Positions 57,997-64,000 of a DNA stretch of 64,000 nt are shown in pieces. Origin of the DNA: a virus. The translations under genes and the position numbers were made by a program. A model generated the notes under the pieces. It made no database searches, had not been told where the DNA came from, and saw nothing but the letters and a program-made list of their open reading frames with translations. Numbering within the stretch: the first letter of the stretch is position 1; each line of letters opens with the position of its first letter. The stretch is taken from positions 50,247 through 114,246 of the IMG/VR virus record IMGVR_UViG_3300033553_000116. The stretch is one strand, 5' to 3'.

Positions 57997-58100
57997 CTGA
58001 TATAAACAGTGCAGTTAATAGCTGCACTGTCTTATTATGTATTTTTTAATTTACATTGTGTACTTTATGAATAAATTTTAAACATAATAGAGGAATTAAC

Positions 58101-58637
58101 ATGTCACAGGTAAATAGAAACTTAAGTTATTTAACAGTTGTTGATGGTGAGACACCATGGGAACGTTTACGTGTTATTCGTAACTTCCTAGAAGACCGTG
58201 AGCAAGCTGACAAATTAGCTGCTTTAGGTTTGGAAAAGGCAGAAGCACTTGATAAAGATTCATTTGAGTATAGAGAGCATTTAATTATGTTACCTCAGAT
58301 GTTAGGTAACATCGATGACTGTAAGCGTGAGATTATCTTCCTAAAAGAATTGGAAGCCAAACTTATCCCTATGGCTGAAGCTGTACGTGTTGAAGGCTTC
58401 ACTGATGAAGCTATGTATGAGTACAACTACACTGCAGAGTTTAATGCCATGATGGCGTTAGAAGTACGTTCAGAGCTAATGGCAACTGGGTTTATTAGTA
58501 AACCTACTATGAGAAGTTTACTTCAAAACCCTAATGCTATGACCCATGTGATTACTTTAGGTTTAATACCGAAAGAAGCGGCTACCAGCCTAGGGGCATT
58601 ACCGAAACCTTTATTAGAAATAGGAAATAACCAATGA
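58101..58637 (+). CDS. Hypothetical protein
   Basis: 178 aa, GAGG SD. Confidence 0.7.
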   Translation: MSQVNRNLSYLTVVDGETPWERLRVIRNFLEDREQADKLAALGLEKAEALDKDSFEYREHLIMLPQMLGNIDDCKREIIFLKELEAKLIPMAEAVRVEGFTDEAMYEYNYTAEFNAMMALEVRSELMATGFISKPTMRSLLQNPNAMTHVITLGLIPKEAATSLGALPKPLLEIGNNQ

Positions 58638-59446
58638 AAAGATTATTATTAGTTCAAGCCGGTACTATCGTCGGTGTTGTAAGTATCCCAGTTGCCCAAG
58701 AAGAAGTATTACCTGAAGACTATGTCGGTCCATTTGATACAGTTGTCCAAGATGATAAAACATTGTTTGCTAACGGTGAGACTTATACACTTGATGAGTA
58801 TACGGTACGCGAAGAACCAACACTTACACTTGCTGAAAAGCGTGAGAAAATGGCTATCAGTAAAGAACAAGCTGATGTAGCAATGATTGCCTTAGGTATT
58901 AAAGCTGACGTTGATCGTCTAGTAGCTGTTGAAGGTACACGTGGCTTACAGATGGTGTGGGAATACACTACTGAATCATTTGCAAGAATGGGCAAAGAGA
59001 TTTTAGAAGTAATTGACTTACTAGCTGCTTCTGGTGTTACCAATGCTAAGACTTTTGACTTAGTTATGGACGATGTCTTTGTATTAGGTGCAGCCGTTGA
59101 TGTAGCTAATTACTCCACTGCATTGGACGTAACACAACTTGCTGCTGTTAATTCAGTCGTAGCCCTTGAAAAGGCTGACGCTAAGTTCAAGTCAGATGTT
59201 AAAACGTTGACTGCTGGCACTACCTTTGAAGAAACTTCTTCATGGCCACAACAGAAAGAAGAGGCTATCGCATTCCAGGCAGATTCTACTGCTGCAACTC
59301 CGTTACTTGATTCATTGATTGCATCACGTAACTTAGCTGAAACCAAAGCTGACTTTGCTACTTTGGTTATGGGTAAGGCTGCTACCTACGCTACCGACTA
59401 TGGTAACGTCTTAGGTGCATACCAAGCTCTAGTTAAAACACTATAA
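58634..59446 (+). CDS. Tail fibre assembly-like protein
   Basis: EETSSWPQQKEEAIAF...TPLLDSL..R motif typical of fibre-associated proteins. Confidence 0.6.
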   Translation: MKRLLLVQAGTIVGVVSIPVAQEEVLPEDYVGPFDTVVQDDKTLFANGETYTLDEYTVREEPTLTLAEKREKMAISKEQADVAMIALGIKADVDRLVAVEGTRGLQMVWEYTTESFARMGKEILEVIDLLAASGVTNAKTFDLVMDDVFVLGAAVDVANYSTALDVTQLAAVNSVVALEKADAKFKSDVKTLTAGTTFEETSSWPQQKEEAIAFQADSTAATPLLDSLIASRNLAETKADFATLVMGKAATYATDYGNVLGAYQALVKTL

Positions 59447-59574
59447 GCTTTTGCTAAGTATTTAGGATAGTCCTCGGGGCTATCCTTTTATGCTGTTAAG
59501 TGGAATTAGTATTCTATGTAAAGTTTTAATCTTTTTATTATTTCATTTTTTAATACCCAAGTAAAGGAAGGCCA

Positions 59575-59775
59575 ATGAAGAAGTTATTTGTTATTATGGC
59601 ATTATTAGGTTCGGTAATGATGTTACAAGGTTGTATGGCTACAACTGCTGCTAAGTATAGTGCCGATAAAGTTTGTGCTGCTACTGTTGTTGAGCGTATG
59701 GCGATGAAGACGGAAATGGATGTTGCTACTGCGCCAAACAAAATCCGTGTCTACTGTGGTGTAGTCAAGAAATAG
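59575..59775 (+). CDS. Small lipoprotein
   Basis: MKK + hydrophobic core + LQGC lipobox; two further Cys. Confidence 0.7.
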   Translation: MKKLFVIMALLGSVMMLQGCMATTAAKYSADKVCAATVVERMAMKTEMDVATAPNKIRVYCGVVKK

Positions 59776-59789
59776 TTATTAACTATATT

Positions 59790-59870
59790 GAAGAGTGCCC
59801 TTTATGGGCACTCTTCTTATGACGGATTATAATTAAAATAAGAAAAGGATTAACCGATGTTTTTAAAATC
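59790..59870 (+). repeat. Imperfect direct repeat copy 1 (terminator, SD, ATGTTTTTAAAATC)
   Basis: Matches 61078-61151. Confidence 0.65.
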
Positions 59871-59893
59871 TTTTATAATGGAGGTAATTCATA

Positions 59894-60640
59894 ATGGCAC
59901 TTAAATCAAATGGAGTTACTGTACCAGAAAATGTAGCCAATGCTCTGTACATAAATGGTGTTAATATTACAGAAGTCTACGCCAATGGTATTAGGGTTTG
60001 GTTACAGAATTTATACAATATGCCTAATGGGACTATTATAAATAGTACCGTTATGGATACAACCCCACACGGATTAACATTTGATGGTACTAATCTAATT
60101 AGTTGTAATTACCTAGATGGCACGATTCATGTCCATAGTGGGATTAGTGGAACTACCGCAAGAAGTTTCGCATCACCCGCAACAAGACCAAGTGGATTAG
60201 CAATGTCCAATGGTAACTTAGTTAGTTGTGATTACCAGACAGCTATGATTTACGTCCATAGTGGGATTAGTTCAACTATTCTGGGAAGTTTCGCGGCGCC
60301 AGCAGCTACGCCATATGGATTAGCAATAGCCAACGGTAACTTAATTAGCACTGGAGTTAATGCAGATAGAATTTATATTCATAATGGCATTAGTTCGAGT
60401 ATACTAGCTAGTTTTCCATCTCCATCCACAAGCCCAAGCGGGGTAGAATTTGATGGGACTAACCTAATTAGTTCTAGTTGGGCAAATAACATGATTTATG
60501 TTTACAGCGGTACTAGTTCAACTGTTCTGAGAAGTTTCGCAACTCCATCGTATGATCCAATGGCGGTAGTAATGGCTAATGGTAACTTAATCGGTTGCGA
60601 TAACAATGCCTACACTCTTTACTTTCATGGTAAAGATTAA
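59894..60640 (+). CDS. Beta-propeller receptor-binding-like protein
   Basis: Five ~41-aa repeats (PxGLxxxGxNLIS..IYVHSGISS); NGxxVW N-adaptor. Confidence 0.7.
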   Translation: MALKSNGVTVPENVANALYINGVNITEVYANGIRVWLQNLYNMPNGTIINSTVMDTTPHGLTFDGTNLISCNYLDGTIHVHSGISGTTARSFASPATRPSGLAMSNGNLVSCDYQTAMIYVHSGISSTILGSFAAPAATPYGLAIANGNLISTGVNADRIYIHNGISSSILASFPSPSTSPSGVEFDGTNLISSSWANNMIYVYSGTSSTVLRSFATPSYDPMAVVMANGNLIGCDNNAYTLYFHGKD

Positions 60641-60659
60641 CAAACAAGAGAGTATTAAT

Positions 60660-61061
60660 ATGAATTTTACATACGGGAAACTTAGCACAACAACAGACAC
60701 TATCGAATCACTCGTTCAATCACCTACTCGAATTGAAGACACTGACCATGTATTCCTATCTGCGGAGCCTGACTTCGATGGTACATCTTATATTGGCAGA
60801 GCGTGGGATAGACCAGTCTATAAAGCAGATTCATTAACGGCACGACAAGCACGATTAGTCTTGCACAATATGGGTAGACTCGCGGACGTTCCAGTGGCCA
60901 TTAATAATATGGCTGTAGGTACTAAAGAGAAAGTACTAATTGAGTGGGATTACGCAGCTACTATTGTGCGTGACAATGCTTTAGTTATTGAGTTAGGTAC
61001 CGCATTAGGGTTGACTGATGCAGAGATTGACCAAATGTTTATTGACGGCAGTAAACTATAG
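60660..61061 (+). CDS. Fibre chaperone-like protein
   Basis: LTARQARLVL..IEWDYA..R....LGLTDAEIDQMF. Confidence 0.65.
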   Translation: MNFTYGKLSTTTDTIESLVQSPTRIEDTDHVFLSAEPDFDGTSYIGRAWDRPVYKADSLTARQARLVLHNMGRLADVPVAINNMAVGTKEKVLIEWDYAATIVRDNALVIELGTALGLTDAEIDQMFIDGSKL

Positions 61062-61077
61062 GTTTTATCTTAGATTA

Positions 61078-61151
61078 AAGAGAGTCCTTGTGGACTCTCT
61101 TCTTATGACTTATTTTTTTAATTAAAGGAATTAACCAATGTTTTTAAAATC
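61078..61151 (+). repeat. Imperfect direct repeat copy 2
   Basis: Matches 59790-59870. Confidence 0.65.
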
Positions 61152-61587
61152 AATCATAATGGCAATGCTATTATTATTCAGTACTACTAGCGCTGCTGAG
61201 CATACTTACTCGTACCCTATCTCTGACATTAGAGTTATTGACGGTGACACTGTTGTCGCCACGATAGCTGTAGGTCTTGATCTATCAATGCGTAAACATA
61301 TTAGAATCATGGGACACGACTCCCCTGAGACTGGTAGAACTAAGGCACCCAAGGGTACACCAGAATCACTGGCCGAAAAGGTTAGAGGTAAAGCTGCAAC
61401 CATATTCCTAGAAGACCTACTCTATAATGAGACATTGGGAATGACTAATACACTTACTATCAGTAATGAAAAATACTATGATAGCTTTGGAAGAGTATTG
61501 GGTTATATTAAATTAGACGATGGTAGGGACGTGTCGGAAGTAATGACTGCTACCGGACATATTAAAAATGAAAGTGAGATTAGATAA
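61138..61587 (+). CDS. Secreted thermonuclease (SNase family)
   Basis: Signal peptide; RVIDGDT, IRIMGHDSPE, DSFGRVLG. Confidence 0.85.
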   Translation: MFLKSIIMAMLLLFSTTSAAEHTYSYPISDIRVIDGDTVVATIAVGLDLSMRKHIRIMGHDSPETGRTKAPKGTPESLAEKVRGKAATIFLEDLLYNETLGMTNTLTISNEKYYDSFGRVLGYIKLDDGRDVSEVMTATGHIKNESEIR

Positions 61588-61588
61588 A

Positions 61589-61756
61589 ATGAAAAATAAA
61601 CTATTTACAGCATTATCAATATTAGCAGTTAGTTGCAGTGTCTGTATGTCTAAGACTGCTAGAGTATGTTACGAAGAACCTCGTAAGGCTGTACGTCCTG
61701 ATCCACGCAACTATTTATATGGTCCTAATGCAGCGGCCTTTAGTTATAAACACTAG
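61589..61756 (+). CDS. Small putative lipoprotein next to endolysin
   Basis: MKNKLFTALSILAVSC lipobox-like. Confidence 0.45.
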   Translation: MKNKLFTALSILAVSCSVCMSKTARVCYEEPRKAVRPDPRNYLYGPNAAAFSYKH

Positions 61757-61765
61757 GGAGTTACC

Positions 61766-62560
61766 ATGAGTACTATAAACGGAATCATTACTAAAGGTAC
61801 TAAAGGATTTATTGTCGAATTCATTCAAGAGAGATTAAATGAATACGGTATAAATGTTACGGTCGACGGTGACTTTGGTAATGCTACAGAAGTTGCAGTA
61901 AAGGAATTCCAAACCATGAGTGGATTATATTCAGATGGTAAGGTAGGACCTATGACTGCTGAGGTTTTAGAGGCTGCTCCTGAAGACTTATCCCTATTAC
62001 ACTTAGCAATGGACAGTGTAGCAAAAGAGCTAGGCATTGAGCTTGCTACGTTAAAGGCTGTTAGAGAAATAGAATCTAATGGCAATGGTTTTCTAGAACC
62101 TAATATACCAGTTATCTTGTTCGAAAGACATTGGATGTATCGTAGACTTAGAGATGCTGGACTTAGACATAAACTTTATGCTAAGGTCGTCCCTGCTATA
62201 GTTAATATACATAGTGGTGGTTATCTAGGGTATGCTGATGAGTGGTTGCGTTTAGGCATAGCTAAATCCATTGACTTAGATTGTGCCTTAGAATCATGTT
62301 CTTGGGGTGCTTATCAAATCATGGGATTCCATTGGAAGGCATTGGGCTTTACTAGTGTAGTTGAAATGGTAGAGATGATGTCTAAGAATCGTGTTGGACA
62401 ATTAGAAGTCTTTTCTAGGTTTATTAAAAGTGATCCTCGTTTAGTATCTGCACTACAGCAGAAGAACTTTACTCTATTTGCTAGAGTTTATAATGGACCT
62501 AACTATAAGGTCAATAACTATGATGTTAAGTTAGAGATAGCTTATAATAAATTTAGATAA
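61766..62560 (+). CDS. Modular endolysin: PG-binding domain plus DUF3380 N-acetylmuramidase
   Basis: DGDFGNATEVAVKEFQ..GL.SDGKVGPMT; AV.EIES.G.GF, ILFERH, SWGAYQIMGFHW, FARVYNGP. Confidence 0.93.
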   Translation: MSTINGIITKGTKGFIVEFIQERLNEYGINVTVDGDFGNATEVAVKEFQTMSGLYSDGKVGPMTAEVLEAAPEDLSLLHLAMDSVAKELGIELATLKAVREIESNGNGFLEPNIPVILFERHWMYRRLRDAGLRHKLYAKVVPAIVNIHSGGYLGYADEWLRLGIAKSIDLDCALESCSWGAYQIMGFHWKALGFTSVVEMVEMMSKNRVGQLEVFSRFIKSDPRLVSALQQKNFTLFARVYNGPNYKVNNYDVKLEIAYNKFR

Positions 62561-62571
62561 GGGATAATGTA

Positions 62572-63510
62572 ATGGCTTTAAATATTAATGGTAATGCAGT
62601 AAGTGCAGTTGTAGCTAATGGAGTTACATTAGTTCAAATGCTAAGTAATGGTGTGACAGTATGGGCGTCAGGGCCAACAGTAGGATTGTTCTATGGTGGT
62701 CATAATGGTGCGTACCTTAATACAGTAACACGTATTAATGCACTAGGTGCACTAGTGGGTACTGAAACTAATGCAGGTATTACTAGATATAGTCTAGCTG
62801 GTGCGCCTGTAGGTAGTAATGGTATTTTCTACGGCGGTGTTAATGGTACTACGTACTATAATAGAGTAACTAGGATTAATGGATCAGGTGCATTAGTAGG
62901 TGCTGAAACTAACGTGGGTACTATTAGAAATAACCCAGCTGGTGCAGCTGTTGGGAGTAATGGTCTATTTTATGGCGGTATTAATAACGGGTACTATAAT
63001 AACGTTACTAGGATTAATTCACTAGGAGCTCAAGTAGGCGGCGAAACTAATGTAGGTACTGCTAGAAAGCGTATGGGTGGTGCGCCTGTTGGGAGTAATG
63101 GTCTATTTTATGGTGGTCATAATGGCACCACGTACCTTAATACAGTAACACGTATTAACTCAAATGGCGCACAAGTAGGTGGCGAAACTAATGTAGGTAC
63201 TGCTAGGGAAGGCGCAGCCGGTGCTGTAGTAGGTAGTAATGGTTTGTACTATAGTGGAACAATTGGTGGGTACCTGAATACAGTAACACGTATTAATGCC
63301 AATGGCGCTATGGTAGGCGCAGAGTCTAATGTAAGCTCTACTAGGCAGGGTACAGCTGGTGCACCAGCTGGAGATAATGGTTTGTTTTATGCTGGTTACG
63401 GCAGTGGCTGGCTTAATACCGTTACTCGCATTAACTCAAACGGCGCACAAGTTGGGGCTGAGTCTAATGTTGGTACTGTTAAACAAGGTCTGGCTGGTGC
63501 AGGACTTTAA
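62572..63510 (+). CDS. Kelch-like six-bladed propeller virion protein
   Basis: Six ~47-aa repeats GLFYGG..YLNTVTRIN..GA.VG.ETNVGT.R..AGA. Confidence 0.75.
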   Translation: MALNINGNAVSAVVANGVTLVQMLSNGVTVWASGPTVGLFYGGHNGAYLNTVTRINALGALVGTETNAGITRYSLAGAPVGSNGIFYGGVNGTTYYNRVTRINGSGALVGAETNVGTIRNNPAGAAVGSNGLFYGGINNGYYNNVTRINSLGAQVGGETNVGTARKRMGGAPVGSNGLFYGGHNGTTYLNTVTRINSNGAQVGGETNVGTAREGAAGAVVGSNGLYYSGTIGGYLNTVTRINANGAMVGAESNVSSTRQGTAGAPAGDNGLFYAGYGSGWLNTVTRINSNGAQVGAESNVGTVKQGLAGAGL

Positions 63511-63527
63511 ATAAAGCATAAAGAAAT

Positions 63528-63560
63528 AGAGAGTAGGTTATCTACTCTCTCTTTTATGCC
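63528..63560 (+). terminator. Terminator hairpin
   Basis: AGAGAGTAG-GTTAT-CTACTCTCT-CTTTTATGCC. Confidence 0.7.
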
Positions 63561-63753
63561 TCTAGTTATGAATCTTATGACAAATTAAAAAGATTTGGGT
63601 AACTGTGAGTAGTACTCCATTTAACCTAAGTCTAGTAGGCCTACTTTGATAGCGCTAGTTAAAAGTAAATGGTGTTATCTATATTCTAGACTACGAAAGT
63701 CCATTTAGTAAATTATATAGTGGACAATAAACAAATACAGGGATTCTTTAAAC

Positions 63754-64000
63754 ATGAAAATTATTAATCGATCTATATACGGAAGCGCTTTACAGACAGC
63801 CCTTCTCTTTGGATTACCTTTAGTTATTAAACCAAACACTACCCTTAACGAAAAGTTTAATGTATTGAGCAATTTCACCATTCCTGAAAATACATTACCT
63901 AAAGTTGCGTACTTCTGTATTGGTAACGGCGGACACCGCGCTGTAGTTGGTGCAGACACTGTCCCTTATACTACACCTAATGTCCATAAGGCATCTAGTG
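63754..64000 (+). CDS. 5' part of a conserved phiKZ-like virion structural gene (runs off window)
   Basis: MKIINRSIYGSALQT..PNTTLNEKF..YFCIGNGGH open to window end. Confidence 0.7.
   Translation, partial: MKIINRSIYGSALQTALLFGLPLVIKPNTTLNEKFNVLSNFTIPENTLPKVAYFCIGNGGHRAVVGADTVPYTTPNVHKASS

Noticed and set aside
32706-62085. Numerous antisense or nested 60-150-aa ORFs inside long genes
   Set aside because: Shadow ORFs caused by codon bias of the real genes
62680-63480. CRISPR-like array, also considered for 40590-40915
   Set aside because: Repeats are in-frame protein repeats with synonymous variation, not repeat-spacer units
1-64000. Stop-codon reassignment
   Set aside because: Conserved genes are intact under the standard code and end in TAA, TAG or TGA; no suppressor tRNA seen

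Overview
AT-rich, gene-dense segment of a phiKZ-like jumbo phage (probably the nucleus-forming Chimalliviridae lineage, inferred from synteny; the host is probably a gammaproteobacterium judging by NrdA). The left half (1-29.7 kb) is accessory and nucleotide-metabolism DNA: thymidylate synthase split by a 332-nt ORF-less group I intron, DHFR, dTMP kinase, NrdA, dCTP deaminase, MazG-like, ClpP-like, HNH and DprA/SLOG-like genes, and many small hypothetical genes. It also holds a ~1.1-kb non-coding island with tRNA-Asn, an aberrant tRNA, and three ~250-270-nt structured segments that all end in the same covarying pseudoknot motif. The centre (29.8-47 kb) is the phiKZ-like core block: DnaB, major capsid protein, probable nvRNAP beta subunit, a QGFG-repeat protein, CYTH protein, probable portal. 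The right part (47-64 kb) is a modular fibre/receptor-binding/chaperone cluster plus an SNase-family nuclease and a modular endolysin. The best candidate for an undescribed system is the triple pseudoknot-terminated ncRNA cluster around the tRNAs. All assignments come from motif recognition and synteny by eye; no searches were run.
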